Source of the DNA: an uncultured cyanobacterium
GTDB lineage: Bacteria > Cyanobacteriota > Cyanobacteriia > Pseudanabaenales > Pseudanabaenaceae
Length of the DNA stretch: 64,000 nt
NCBI GenBank assembly: GCA_963703315.1
Contig: OY969811.1
Span: 2,080,001-2,144,000, forward strand
Reading direction: 5' to 3'
Shown here: piece after piece, positions 13,021-24,749 of the stretch
How the letters are laid out: every line of letters begins with the position of its first letter
How positions within the stretch are numbered: position 1 is the first letter of the stretch
Notes under the pieces: generated by a model
Databases searched by the model: none
What the model saw: only the letters and a program-made list of their open reading frames with translations
What the model was told of the DNA's origin: nothing
Translations under genes and position numbers: made by a program

Positions 13021-13125
13021 TATAGCAAAACAGAAACAAACTAAAACCCAAGAAGCGATTTGCGGCGCTCCGCGCCGCAAATCGCTTCTTGGGTTTTTTG
13101 TCCTAAGCAAAGCTTTTTTGCTATA
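13021..13125. mobile_element. TATAGC-family MITE
   Basis: TATAGC...TGTCCTAAGC...GCTATA with a long perfect internal hairpin. Confidence 0.65.
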
Positions 13126-13198
13126 CCAAAACTAAAAATCCTTACTGGGTTTGTTTTTTAATTCACAAAAGTGTTGTCACACTTTCGTAAATTGGGAT
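13123..13198. mobile_element. ATACC...GGTAT family MITE, internally deleted copy
   Basis: Homologous to 38478-38580 and 48075-48179 but lacks the first hairpin. Confidence 0.65.
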
Positions 13199-13242
13199 AC
13201 TACGAACATAAAGAAAGTGCAGCGCTTTGCGCTGCACTTTCT

Positions 13243-14862
13243 TTAACCATAAGGACGGGGATAGGGCTTTAACATTGGGGAAGCGCGATAGACTGGAAAA
13301 ATCTGTACCGTTTGACCACCGCGCTTAATGGGGATATCAGCAATCTTTTCTAGAGATTGGAAATAACCTTTGTACTTATCTGAAGGTTGTGGAAAACGGT
13401 CGGCTTCCGAAAATAGTTCTGAAGTGATATAAAGCGAAGTTTTACCAACAAAGTCTTGAGCTTTACTCCAATAGGCAAAGCCGCGCAAATCGCCATCAAA
13501 ACAAGTAATTTTTTTGCCCAATGGCTCGATCGCCATGCCCACTTGACCTGCCACAAAGAAATTATTACTAAATACAAAATCGGCTTTTGCAAGTTCTGCT
13601 TTGAGTGTTGGTGAATCCACAAATGCTTGGCGCAACTGCACGATATCAATCATTTGTGTCGAAGGATCATCCTTTGCTTCCCAAAATCCACCAGCGATCG
13701 CCGCCTCACCACCTTTCTGCACAATGCCTAAATGGACATGAAGCAATCCCACTAACAACAGCCCTAAAATCGTCACACCTGATCCCCAAAGCCAACCGCG
13801 AATAAATTGAGGGCGTTTTACCTGTACCAGTGCGGCGCGTTCACCTAACAAAAGTGTTGCTCCAAAAAATCCCGGCATATGCCATGAGGGCAAGATTTGA
13901 ATAAAGCCGCCCATAAATGTGAATCCAAAGAAAATCGGTACTGATACACAGAGAATCAATAACCGCTTTTCATGCAAAAGTTTTAGGGCGATCGCCGCCT
14001 CATCAATTTCGGTAGTTTCTTTTGGAGCAATTACTGCTTGGAGTAATTCTCCCACTGTCCCAAAGCTTGTCCACCATAGAGGAAATCCGAAAGTTGGGAA
14101 GAGATAGGCGATCGCTAATAAAAACGTTACTAATAATTGTTCTAAGTTATAAACCTTCGATGGGACTGCTCGCCCACTCTGAAATCGGAATGAGGCAAAT
14201 TCATGCTGGGCGTTCCAAAATACGACAGGAAAAATGGCGATGATAAATAAAGCGATCGCGGCTAATGTCCATCCAGAGAATAATGCTTTCCGATGACGAG
14301 AGCTAAGTAAGCAAAATAGGACTAGTCCACCACCGAGCAGTAAAGCATGATATTTACCTAAAAAGGCTAATCCCACGCATAAGCCAATGAGTGCTAGACG
14401 GTAGGTTGGTTGATAGGATTTTGGATCATCAGAGGCAAAAAATTCCGTTGCCGCAAGATATAAACAGATTGACCAGAAAAACATCAAAGCGTTATCAGGC
14501 AATGTGAGGATGCCAAATGCAACTTGAAAGATGGGAATTGTAGTCAAAATCGCTAAAGTCAGCGTTGCGGTGCGATCGCCAAATAGCTTTTTACTAGCAA
14601 GATAAGAAAAAAGTAATGTGCCTGTGTATAGTAAAACGCCGCCAATCCGAATCGTAAAGGGCGTGACTATACCTGTAAGCCAAACACCCAAACCTGTTGT
14701 CAAGGCTACAAGTGGTGGATGATCGAAATAACTCCAGTTGAGGTTTTGTGTATATAGGTAATAGTAAGCTTCATCAAAGCCCGTATTAAGATAGCCAGCA
14801 CACACAACCCTGAAGAGGAATCCCCACAATAATATGGCGATCGCCCACTTATGAATTTTCAC
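13243..14862 (-). CDS. Glycosyltransferase family 39 (ArnT/PMT-like) membrane protein
   Basis: DEAYY...YFDHPPL, PD, KY motifs, many TM segments. Confidence 0.88.
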   Translation of the reverse strand: MKIHKWAIAILLWGFLFRVVCAGYLNTGFDEAYYYLYTQNLNWSYFDHPPLVALTTGLGVWLTGIVTPFTIRIGGVLLYTGTLLFSYLASKKLFGDRTATLTLAILTTIPIFQVAFGILTLPDNALMFFWSICLYLAATEFFASDDPKSYQPTYRLALIGLCVGLAFLGKYHALLLGGGLVLFCLLSSRHRKALFSGWTLAAIALFIIAIFPVVFWNAQHEFASFRFQSGRAVPSKVYNLEQLLVTFLLAIAYLFPTFGFPLWWTSFGTVGELLQAVIAPKETTEIDEAAIALKLLHEKRLLILCVSVPIFFGFTFMGGFIQILPSWHMPGFFGATLLLGERAALVQVKRPQFIRGWLWGSGVTILGLLLVGLLHVHLGIVQKGGEAAIAGGFWEAKDDPSTQMIDIVQLRQAFVDSPTLKAELAKADFVFSNNFFVAGQVGMAIEPLGKKITCFDGDLRGFAYWSKAQDFVGKTSLYITSELFSEADRFPQPSDKYKGYFQSLEKIADIPIKRGGQTVQIFPVYRASPMLKPYPRPYG

Positions 14863-15122
14863 TCTAAATTCCTTTAACTAATGTCCAAATAAATTTTGAA
14901 AAGCCTTGCTTTGTAAGGCTTTTCAAAATTTATGCAGTTATAAATAGCCATATTATCGTAACTCAAATGATAGTAGAGGCAATTAAATATAAAACCTCAA
15001 AACCTGTGGCGATCGCTGCGCGATCGCTACAGGTTTTGAGGTTTTAATTATGCCCAGCTACTTACTATCAATTGCTATATAATTCGGCATGATGACATGA
15101 AATTTAGACGGAGTAGATTGCA

Positions 15123-15386
15123 ATGGCGAGAGAACCCAAAAAGCCTAATGAATATATCGTGCATTTAAAGCTAGAAGGTGGACAAGAAGTTACAACTAAA
15201 TTTATGACTATTGAAGAAGTCAAAACTTGGTATGCCTCGCAGTTTAAGGCAAAAGCAAATGAAGATGATCTGATGCCTATTCCTGTACGAGCCGAACTAA
15301 ATGAAATTTTACTAGTTCGTCCTAAGAGAGTTATTGCTATTCATGTTGAGCCGATCTACTCCTCTAGCGTTGAGATGTTTTCATAA
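15123..15386 (+). CDS. Hypothetical protein
   Basis: 87-aa ORF with upstream GGAG. Confidence 0.7.
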   Translation: MAREPKKPNEYIVHLKLEGGQEVTTKFMTIEEVKTWYASQFKAKANEDDLMPIPVRAELNEILLVRPKRVIAIHVEPIYSSSVEMFS

Positions 15387-15480
15387 TTGATATAGCTCCG
15401 CCAATCTCTTAGTTTTACTTATATTAATAGGGGAGAGCGCGATGCGCTCTCCCCTATTAATTTTATGTAATTAAACTTCA

Positions 15481-16410
15481 ATGCCTCTTCATCAAGTTTC
15501 TGGGCGATCGCATCTAGGTCTAGCACTCTCATTACTTACGGTTGTCCTTTGGGGATTTTTAGCGATCGCCCTTCAGATAGTTCTTCAAGAGTTAGATCCT
15601 TTTACAGTTACTTGGTTTCGCTTTACATTTGCAGGGACTTTATTGGGGATTTATCTGGCTCTGCAACATAAATTACCGACATGGCAACAGTTACAAAAAA
15701 CTTCCTTCCCAATTTTTTTGATTGCGGTCATGGGGCTATCGCTAAACTATATTTTGTTCTTAACGGGTTTGGGCAAAACCTCTGCCAATAACGCTCAAGT
15801 CCTTACTCAACTAGCACCTGTGATGATGGGGCTAGCTTCATTAGTTATTTTTAAAGAAAAATACAATTATCGCCAATGGGGCGGCGTAGCTATTCTGATC
15901 TTTGGACTAGTATTGTTTTCCCATGAACAAGTGCGATCGCTGGTTACGACTCTAAACACATATCTATGGGGCAATGTGTTGCTAGTTATAGGGTCAATCG
16001 TATGGGCATTTTATGGACTTGCCCAAAAGCAATTATTGCTAAACCTGCCTTCAACGTCAGTGATGCTATGCCTATATTTAAGTGCAGCAACTTTATTTGC
16101 ACCAATGGCACATCCTGAAAGGTTGCTTACCTTGTCAGGAGCGCACCTGACCATTTTAATATTTTGCGCCTTCAATACTTTGATTGCTTACGGTGCATTT
16201 GCCGCCGCCCTCGAACATTGGGAAGCTTCACGGGTCAGCGTGGTGTTAACACTTACGCCTTTAGTGACGTTAGCTGCATCGACAATCCTGCCAAGTTTTG
16301 TACCTCAATTATTGTCACCGTCACCTTTGAGCTTTTTGGGATGGCTGGGGGCGATCGCCGTTGTATTTGGCTCTTTAGTAACGTCTTTAAGCTCAAATCC
16401 TAAAAATTAA
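15481..16410 (+). CDS. DMT/EamA family transporter
   Basis: Two repeats of ~5 TM; WFRF, AQVLTQLAP, KEK motifs. Confidence 0.9.
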   Translation: MPLHQVSGRSHLGLALSLLTVVLWGFLAIALQIVLQELDPFTVTWFRFTFAGTLLGIYLALQHKLPTWQQLQKTSFPIFLIAVMGLSLNYILFLTGLGKTSANNAQVLTQLAPVMMGLASLVIFKEKYNYRQWGGVAILIFGLVLFSHEQVRSLVTTLNTYLWGNVLLVIGSIVWAFYGLAQKQLLLNLPSTSVMLCLYLSAATLFAPMAHPERLLTLSGAHLTILIFCAFNTLIAYGAFAAALEHWEASRVSVVLTLTPLVTLAASTILPSFVPQLLSPSPLSFLGWLGAIAVVFGSLVTSLSSNPKN

Positions 16411-16622
16411 GTAATACCCAAAACCCTGTGGTGCACGCTGCGCGTGTGCCACAGGGTTTTACTCTAGTTTTTAATGCGGCTTCGCCACGCACGCCTAATT
16501 ATTCACTGAGAAGGGAGTAGCTACTTATTTTGAAATATTTTTTAAAAAGGGTTGCGCGATCGCCACACTTATACGCTATAGTTATTAACGCTGAAGTAAT
16601 TGCTTCAGCAAAACAGCTACAT

Positions 16623-16694
16623 TCCTCAGTAGCTCAGTGGTAGAGCAATCGGCTGTTAACCGATCGGTCGCAGGTTCGAATCCCGCCTGGGGAG
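16623..16694 (+). tRNA. tRNA-Asn(GTT)
   Basis: Cloverleaf TCCTCAG/CTGGGGA, anticodon loop CT-GTT-AA, GGTTCGAATCC; CCA not encoded. Confidence 0.97.
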
Positions 16695-16734
16695 TTATAA
16701 CAAAAAAGGAACGCATAGCGTTCCTTTTTTGTTA

Positions 16735-18825
16735 TTAGTGTTGCCCTGCTGATTGAATCCACTCAGTTGCTTTTTCGCTACTCAAGGGATGTGAAATAAA
16801 GTAACCTTGCACATCGATACTACTACCACCTAAATCTTCAAAGTAATCTAATTCTTCGGATGTCTCTACACCTTCCACCACAATACCCATACCAAGATTG
16901 TTAGCTAACCGCAAAATCGACTGAATAATTCTTTTGCTTTTGAGATCAGTCGTCACTTTATTAGTAAAACTACGATCAATTTTCAAGACATCAATTGGTA
17001 GGTTTTGTAGATAGCTAAATGAAGAATAACCTGTCCCAAAATCATCAATATAGACTTGTACACCAATTTCTCGAAGCTGATCTAACTTGTGGGAAGAAAC
17101 TTCGATATTGTCCATCAAAATTGTTTCTGTAATTTCTACCTTAATGGAGCTTGGTAAAATTTGTTGGCTGAGAAGTATAGACTCAATACGTTCAACAAAG
17201 TCTGGCTGAATAACTTGGATTGTAGATACATTAATTCCTAAAGTGAGTTTAGAAATATCAGTAAATGCTTGTTGCCATTGATATAGCTGTTTACAAGCTG
17301 TTTCTAAAACCCAATAGCCAATCTGAATAATTTCTCCAGTTTCCTCAGCGATCGGTAGAAATTCTTGTGGAGAAATTAGCCCTTGTAAAGGATGCATCCA
17401 GCGCAGGAGAACTTCAAATCCTGTAAGTTTATGTTGATGTAATGAAACTATGGGTTGATAGACGAGATAAAACTCTTGACGTTCTAGGGCTTGCCGTAAA
17501 TCAGTTTCTAACTGCCAACGTATTTTTGCCCCTTGACTCATACTATTTCTAAATAGCGCTTGTTTACCCCTGCCTAGATTGCGGGCATAGTGCATCGCAA
17601 TATGAGCATCCCGCAAAACTTCATTTGCATAGATATATTCAGGATCGCTAATCGCAATACCAATACTTACAGAAGTAAAAATCTGATTTTCATTAATAAA
17701 AAATGGCTCTTTAATACTTGCTAAAATTTGATCAGCTAGTTGAATGACAGTACTTTCTTGATCAATATTTGTCACTAAAATTGCAAATTCATCGCTATCA
17801 ACTCTGGCAATAGTTACATTTATTTTTCTATAGCTATTTAGACGTTTGCTGATTTCTTGTAATAGCTGATTACCTGTAGATATACCAAAGTTGTCATTGA
17901 TTATATTAAAGCGATCGCAGTCTATAAATAGAACTGCAAAATTACGATTAGGATCAGCTTGTAATTTTGTAAATTCTAAATCTAAATAATTCATAAATGA
18001 GTCGCGATTAGGCAACCCAGTTAATGCATCATGAAGCTGGTTGTAATGCAGTTTTGCAATGACTTGATCTCTTTCTATTCTGATAGCATCAGATCTAACA
18101 AGTAACTGCATTTGATGAATAGAAATTGCTAATTGAGTTCCTAGCCTTTCTAGCAATTCGATTTCCCAAGATTGCCAATAACGGGGATTCTCATATTGAT
18201 GCACGATGATTAGCCCCCATAAGGCTTTACCACTAGGAATTGCCACAGCAAGCATTGAACTTATACCTAGTGGGGCTAATGCTTCCGAAATTTTTGAGTC
18301 AACATTAGAGTCATGAATATCATCAATAGATTGACTAATGCAATTTTTGTAAACTTCTAGCCATTCACGATCATTATAAAATGCGGGTAAGGGCTGACCT
18401 AAAAGCGATCGATTTGGTTCATTGACAGCTTCATATTGAATTGTTTTTTCATCTTGATCAGTAAATTGATAAATAATTACTTGATCGCTCTGTAATAATT
18501 GAAAAATTTCTAAGGAAATCATATCTAGTAATTCATCTAGATTGATTGATTGTCTTAGACGGGCAAACATCAAGGCTAAAAAAGTGTAGATCTCGTCTTC
18601 ATTTTGAGAATCTGTACCTAATTTAGATTGATAAAGCTGCTTAATTCTTTGCTTAAGACTGTTGACTTCTCTTTCCGAATTATTAAAATAAGTACTTAGA
18701 GTTTCTCCAAGCAATTGAATATTTTGTAAATCAGCTTGTTGCTGTTGAGTTAATGTCTCAGATTCACCAATGCGATTTACACAGTCAAATAATGCTGATA
18801 ATGAACTAGAAAACTGTTCTCGCAT
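16735..18825 (-). CDS. GAF-GGDEF-EAL protein, probable c-di-GMP phosphodiesterase
   Basis: GAF (LWGLIIVHQ..PRYWQ), HDALTGLPNR, DSDEF, EVLLRW, DDFGTGYSS, KIDRSF, EGVE. Confidence 0.92.
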   Translation of the reverse strand: MREQFSSSLSALFDCVNRIGESETLTQQQQADLQNIQLLGETLSTYFNNSEREVNSLKQRIKQLYQSKLGTDSQNEDEIYTFLALMFARLRQSINLDELLDMISLEIFQLLQSDQVIIYQFTDQDEKTIQYEAVNEPNRSLLGQPLPAFYNDREWLEVYKNCISQSIDDIHDSNVDSKISEALAPLGISSMLAVAIPSGKALWGLIIVHQYENPRYWQSWEIELLERLGTQLAISIHQMQLLVRSDAIRIERDQVIAKLHYNQLHDALTGLPNRDSFMNYLDLEFTKLQADPNRNFAVLFIDCDRFNIINDNFGISTGNQLLQEISKRLNSYRKINVTIARVDSDEFAILVTNIDQESTVIQLADQILASIKEPFFINENQIFTSVSIGIAISDPEYIYANEVLRDAHIAMHYARNLGRGKQALFRNSMSQGAKIRWQLETDLRQALERQEFYLVYQPIVSLHQHKLTGFEVLLRWMHPLQGLISPQEFLPIAEETGEIIQIGYWVLETACKQLYQWQQAFTDISKLTLGINVSTIQVIQPDFVERIESILLSQQILPSSIKVEITETILMDNIEVSSHKLDQLREIGVQVYIDDFGTGYSSFSYLQNLPIDVLKIDRSFTNKVTTDLKSKRIIQSILRLANNLGMGIVVEGVETSEELDYFEDLGGSSIDVQGYFISHPLSSEKATEWIQSAGQH

Positions 18826-18939
18826 AGCTTTGTGGGAATTTGTTTACAGATAATTGCTAAAATTAAATCATATAATTCTCGAAAAGCGTAGTACACAGTT
18901 TACCAAACTAAAAGATTAAAGAACTTATTTAATCATGTT

Positions 18940-18978
18940 TTCTAAATATAAGTTCTAAATATAAGTTCTAAATATAAG
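18940..18978. repeat. Perfect 13-bp tandem repeat x3 (TTCTAAATATAAG)
   Basis: Read directly. Confidence 0.9.
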
Positions 18979-19016
18979 TATCGATGAGTTACTTAATACA
19001 TAAAGATCGCAAATGA

Positions 19017-19115
19017 TAAGTAGCTGGGCATAATTAAAACCCTAAAACCTGTGGCGCACGCGCAGCGTGCGCCACAGGTTTTAGGGTTTTATATTTAATT
19101 GCACCTAGATACTTA
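19017..19115. mobile_element. TAAGTAGCT-family MITE with CTGTGGCGCACGC hairpin
   Basis: TAAGTAGCTGGGCA...TGCACCTAGATACTTA; related copies near 14990-15064, 16410-16525 and 38797-38875. Confidence 0.7.
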
Positions 19116-19290
19116 TGTGAAATAGCGAAAAACTTAGTTAGTAATTTTTTCACAAACTGGAGAAATTAAAAACAATGAATTTAGGTTAGGTATAGCCATC
19201 ACCGTAAATGAGAACCCAAGAAGAGAGTGGCGGCGCAAAGCGCCGCCACTCTCTTCTTGGGTTCTCATCCAGCGCAAAGCGCTGAATATG

Positions 19291-19815
19291 TTATGAGGCG
19301 GTATTTTGTGGAAGTTCGGCAAATTGCTCGGCAAAAACTTCAATTTCTATATTGGGATCATTCCTTAAACTGAGCGATCGCCTGACAAGTCCTAAATACA
19401 ATGGTTTGGATAAGCCTTCTCGTGGATGCACAATAGTTCGAGCAAAAATTGTAAGCTGCTCTTCACCCTGATTATTCCGTCCAGAGGAGAATAAATTGCT
19501 GCTAGCTTGTTGCAACGTAAATTTGAGCTGTTCTGGGGTGATGGTTGGCGGAACCGCAATGGTTGCCTTTGCGCCAAAGCGATCGTAAACAGTCTTAAAT
19601 GGGACAGAACCCTGAACGGATGAGCGCGTAATTGGCTCAAAGCTGAGGGAAAAAAGCCCGACAACTAATACCACCGAAAATAGGGTTACACCCACCATCC
19701 GATAGCGCCAACTCCATTGACGAGCCATAGCTAATCCTGTAATTAAGGCGCAGACTAGTACAAATACGCCCATTGCTTGTGCAAGTTGACTAAATAAAGC
19801 AGGCGTTAACGACAT
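19291..19815 (-). CDS. Ycf51/DUF2518 family protein
   Basis: WSWRYRMVGVTLF, YDRFG, LQQASSNL, RTIVHPREGLSKPLYLG. Confidence 0.85.
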   Translation of the reverse strand: MSLTPALFSQLAQAMGVFVLVCALITGLAMARQWSWRYRMVGVTLFSVVLVVGLFSLSFEPITRSSVQGSVPFKTVYDRFGAKATIAVPPTITPEQLKFTLQQASSNLFSSGRNNQGEEQLTIFARTIVHPREGLSKPLYLGLVRRSLSLRNDPNIEIEVFAEQFAELPQNTAS

Positions 19816-20015
19816 AGGTTAAATGACTGTGAACTATTAAATAACTACTCGGTTCATTTTATAGTGGCTTTGTCATGCAAACCAAATAAAGCCGAAAGTA
19901 ATAAAAATATGAATTTTGGCAAGTTTTTTAATCAAAGCCTAACATTCGAGAAATGAGACATCGCAAAACTGTAAGATTATTGCGAATAGTTTCACTTAAT
20001 CATTACAAGGAATAG

Positions 20016-21305
<1,290 letters not shown>

Positions 21306-21645
21306 TTAAGTAGTAAACCCAAAGAACAAAATGGCATAGCCATTTTGTTCTTTGGGTTTACAGTCTAGATCAACCAAAATCGGTAGTCGTGAATTGGCTC
21401 AACGCTGGAGAGGCTGTGTCCTCAAGTTCTAGAGCATTACTGGTTTTTGAAACAATTTTTTCGCGATCGCGCCCCAGCAGCAGATGCACTCTTGCTTTAC
21501 TTTGAGTTCAATGATGACGGTAGCGACGATTTTGAATGAAAGCAAAGCTCGAAAAAGAGAATGACGGCGCGAAGCACCGTCATTCTCTTTTTCGAGCTTT
21601 GCTATTAAGTAACATTATGCGCTATCCTAGACAAGCTGTTAAAAA

Positions 21646-21725
21646 ACACACGCTTGAGGTTTCGGGTGTTTAGAGTTACTTGTAACTACTAGATTCCATC
21701 TCAGGCGCAAGGATAAACCCGAACA
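21646..21725 (+). promoter_or_regulatory. rpsB 5' leader (S2-binding / t44-like)
   Basis: Starts ACACAC; TTCGGG (21661) pairs with CCCGAA (21718) just upstream of the AGGAG RBS. Confidence 0.6.
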
Positions 21726-21740
21726 CAGGAGAAAATTTAA

Positions 21741-22520
21741 ATGGGAGTCGTAACCCTAGCCCAATTGCTAGAGTCAGGAGTTCACTTCGGGCATCAAACC
21801 CGTCGTTGGAACCCCAAGATGGAGCCTTACATCTTCACCGAGCGTAATGGCGTTCATATTATTGACCTTGTGCAAACTGCACAGTACCTCGAAGAAGCCT
21901 ACGCTTATTTGCGTCAAGCTTCCGAGCAAGGCAAAAAAGTATTGTTCGTTGGAACCAAGCGTCAAGCTGCTGGTCTGATTGCTCAAGAAGCAGCCCGTTG
22001 TGGTAGCTACTACATCAACCAACGCTGGTTGGGTGGAATGCTCACCAACTGGACAACCATCAAAACCCGTGTCGATCGCCTCAAGGATCTCGAACGTCGC
22101 GATGAAAGTGGTGCATTAGATCGCCTTCCTAAGAAGGAAGCATCCACCCTGCGCCGCGAAATGGAAAAGCTCCGCAAATATCTCGGTGGTATCAAGTTGA
22201 TGCGTAAGCCACCCAATATTGTGATCATCGTTGATCACAAGCGCGAGTACAACGCTGTTCAAGAATGCCAAAAGTTGCGTATTCCCATCGTGTCTCTACT
22301 TGATACCAACTGCGATCCCGATAGCGTTGATATTGGGATTCCTGCTAACGATGACGCAATTCGCTCCATCAAGTTGATTGTCGGTAAGCTTGCTGACGCA
22401 ATCTACGAAGGTCGTCATGGCGATATCGAAGATATCGAGTATGAAATCTCTGCTGAAGAAGTAGAAGCTTATGTCGAAGATGAAGCAATCATCACAGGCG
22501 ATGAAGAAGAAGTTGCCTAA
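21741..22520 (+). CDS. rpsB: 30S ribosomal protein S2
   Basis: [39 protein letters not shown]. Confidence 0.98.
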   Translation: MGVVTLAQLLESGVHFGHQTRRWNPKMEPYIFTERNGVHIIDLVQTAQYLEEAYAYLRQASEQGKKVLFVGTKRQAAGLIAQEAARCGSYYINQRWLGGMLTNWTTIKTRVDRLKDLERRDESGALDRLPKKEASTLRREMEKLRKYLGGIKLMRKPPNIVIIVDHKREYNAVQECQKLRIPIVSLLDTNCDPDSVDIGIPANDDAIRSIKLIVGKLADAIYEGRHGDIEDIEYEISAEEVEAYVEDEAIITGDEEEVA

Positions 22521-22575
22521 AACTTCTCAAACATAAAAAAAGGGAGGCGCTAAGCGCCCCCCTTTTTTATTAGCA

Positions 22576-22845
22576 TTAATAAACTTCATCGTGACTACCA
22601 ATATCGACTAAAACTATGGTCTCATTTTGGACTAGAAAAACACAAATAATGCGGTATTCATAGGTCAGACTACAGGCATAAAATTCGCTAAGATCGCCTT
22701 TTAATTTATGTGTTTTTAGTGATGAATCAAATGGATTAGTTTTAAGCTTTTCTAAAACTTCTCCATACTTGTCAATTAAGTGAGGACGTTTTTTAAAGAA
22801 TTTGCATTCTTTACGTTTATAGTCATCATCTTTAACTAACTTCAT
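22576..22845 (-). CDS. Type II toxin, RelE/YafQ-like mRNA interferase
   Basis: LKTHKLKGDL...YRII...DIGSHDEVY; basic 89 aa. Confidence 0.85.
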   Translation of the reverse strand: MKLVKDDDYKRKECKFFKKRPHLIDKYGEVLEKLKTNPFDSSLKTHKLKGDLSEFYACSLTYEYRIICVFLVQNETIVLVDIGSHDEVY

Positions 22846-23089
22846 GTTTTAAATCTTGAATATAAGTTTTTACATCACTAATCTCGGTAAAGCCCGATAA
22901 ACCTTCCTGTTTAATTTTTTGTATGGTTTTTAAGCATTGATGTTGATCTATTGCGAGATCTTCATCAGATTCTTGCTCTATCTCACTATTAATTCCCAAG
23001 CGAAAATAGTGAATCAGATCATATAGAGCAGATAGTTTAGATTCGGGAATATATTGCAACTCGTTAATGATGGCATCTTTATTTGACAT
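22832..23089 (-). CDS. Putative antitoxin
   Basis: Acidic 85 aa, directly upstream of and overlapping the toxin by 14 bp. Confidence 0.7.
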   Translation of the reverse strand: MSNKDAIINELQYIPESKLSALYDLIHYFRLGINSEIEQESDEDLAIDQHQCLKTIQKIKQEGLSGFTEISDVKTYIQDLKHEVS

Positions 23090-23125
23090 TGCTTGATACC
23101 TGTAAAAGTAGTGTTGAAAATATTG

Positions 23126-24286
23126 CTATTGATAAATTTTACCTAATAAAACCGATCGCTTAGCACCTGTAACACTAGGTAAATTGCCACAGCGTTCTTT
23201 GAGACGCAAATATCCCAGCAACGCAAAGGCGATCGCTTCTTTACTATCACTATCAATACCAAAGTCATTGGTACGCATCACGATCGCAGGTTTAACTAAA
23301 TCCTGTAAGCGCTCCATCAAGTAGCCATTATGACCACCACCACCACCGATTAAAACCTCATCGGGAAATACAGGCAGAAAGTCACGATAACTTTTAGCGA
23401 TCGCTCTAGCGGTAAATTCGGTTAAAGTTGCGAGAATATCGCGATCGCTAAGTCCTCCACATTCAGCCAAACATTTGTCTAGATAATCTGGGCTAAATAA
23501 TTCGCGTCCTGTTGATTTTGGTGGTGCTGTGACAAAAAATTCTTGTTCTAACCATTGGTCAATTAATAGGAGATTGGGCTGACCTTGACGGGCGATCGCG
23601 CCATCACGATCAAAGGGTTGCCCAAATAATTTTTGAGTTGCCATATCAATCAACACATTGCCCGTACCATTATCAAACCCAAAAACTTGATCTTGATTTT
23701 CAAGGGAATTAGGCGGCAAATAGGTCAAATTACTGATCCCACCAATATTTTGACAAACTCGATATTTTGTAGGATCGGAAAGGATCAAAACATCTAGCAT
23801 TGAGACTAGTGGCGCACCCTGCCCGAAAGCTTCAATATCTGCAACTCGAAAATCACTGACAGTCTTGATCCCCGTCAACTCCGCAATTACTGCACCACGT
23901 CCCAGTTGAATGGTGTAGCCCAAGCTAGTTTTACCATCTTGAGCAGAAGCTGGCGGACGATGAAAAACTGTTTGACCGTGAGAGGCAATCAAATCTGGTA
24001 ATTGCGCGCCCTTTGCCATAATCGCGATCGCGGCTTGGGCAAAGCTCTCGGCAATGCGATCATCAAGTTCACATATTTGTTGTAGCGATCGCGGCTCACC
24101 TGCACAGACCGCTAATATCTCAGTACGCAGATCATCGGAATATGGATATGTATATCCTGCGATTAAATTAGTTTCAAGTTTTTCATGGCGATCGATAATT
24201 TCTATCAGAGCCGCATCAATGCCATCCACCGATGTGCCACTGATTAAGCCGATCGCTAATATTTTGTCCGTTGGTGCATTAATCAT
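23126..24286 (-). CDS. anmK: Anhydro-N-acetylmuramic acid kinase
   Basis: GLISGTSVDGIDAA, SHGQTVFH, GQGAPL, NIGGISN, PKSTGRELF, KEAIAFA. Confidence 0.96.
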   Translation of the reverse strand: MINAPTDKILAIGLISGTSVDGIDAALIEIIDRHEKLETNLIAGYTYPYSDDLRTEILAVCAGEPRSLQQICELDDRIAESFAQAAIAIMAKGAQLPDLIASHGQTVFHRPPASAQDGKTSLGYTIQLGRGAVIAELTGIKTVSDFRVADIEAFGQGAPLVSMLDVLILSDPTKYRVCQNIGGISNLTYLPPNSLENQDQVFGFDNGTGNVLIDMATQKLFGQPFDRDGAIARQGQPNLLLIDQWLEQEFFVTAPPKSTGRELFSPDYLDKCLAECGGLSDRDILATLTEFTARAIAKSYRDFLPVFPDEVLIGGGGGHNGYLMERLQDLVKPAIVMRTNDFGIDSDSKEAIAFALLGYLRLKERCGNLPSVTGAKRSVLLGKIYQ

Positions 24287-24749
24287 GAGTTGTAGCTAAA
24301 AAGATATTGGCGATCGCTTTTAATATTTGCAGTACATCATAAAGATGATTGGTGCGCGACAGCATCGAATAGGTTTCCGAAAAATCATACAGTTTCTTTT
24401 GGGGATCAATCTTGATAAATATGAAATTATTCCCATTTGTAACCATGCTAAATAATGGTGATGCTTCTGGTGAAGATGCGATCGCATAGGCAAGTGTTTG
24501 GGGAATGCCAACTTCAATATCAAATTCAGTCTCTTTGGATTCAATAATTACGCGCCAAAAACGTTCCTGTACGACCAAAAAATCAATGCGTCCCCGTAAG
24601 GTTTCATTCTCAACTGTGGTTTCAATCTCGACAGATAATTCTGATCGCAAGCGAAATGGTGGATCGTAGAAACCAGCTAATTCCATTAATCGCGATACGA
24701 CGATCTCATTAACTGCACCTTCAGTGACTTGTCCTTCTTCACGATGGTA

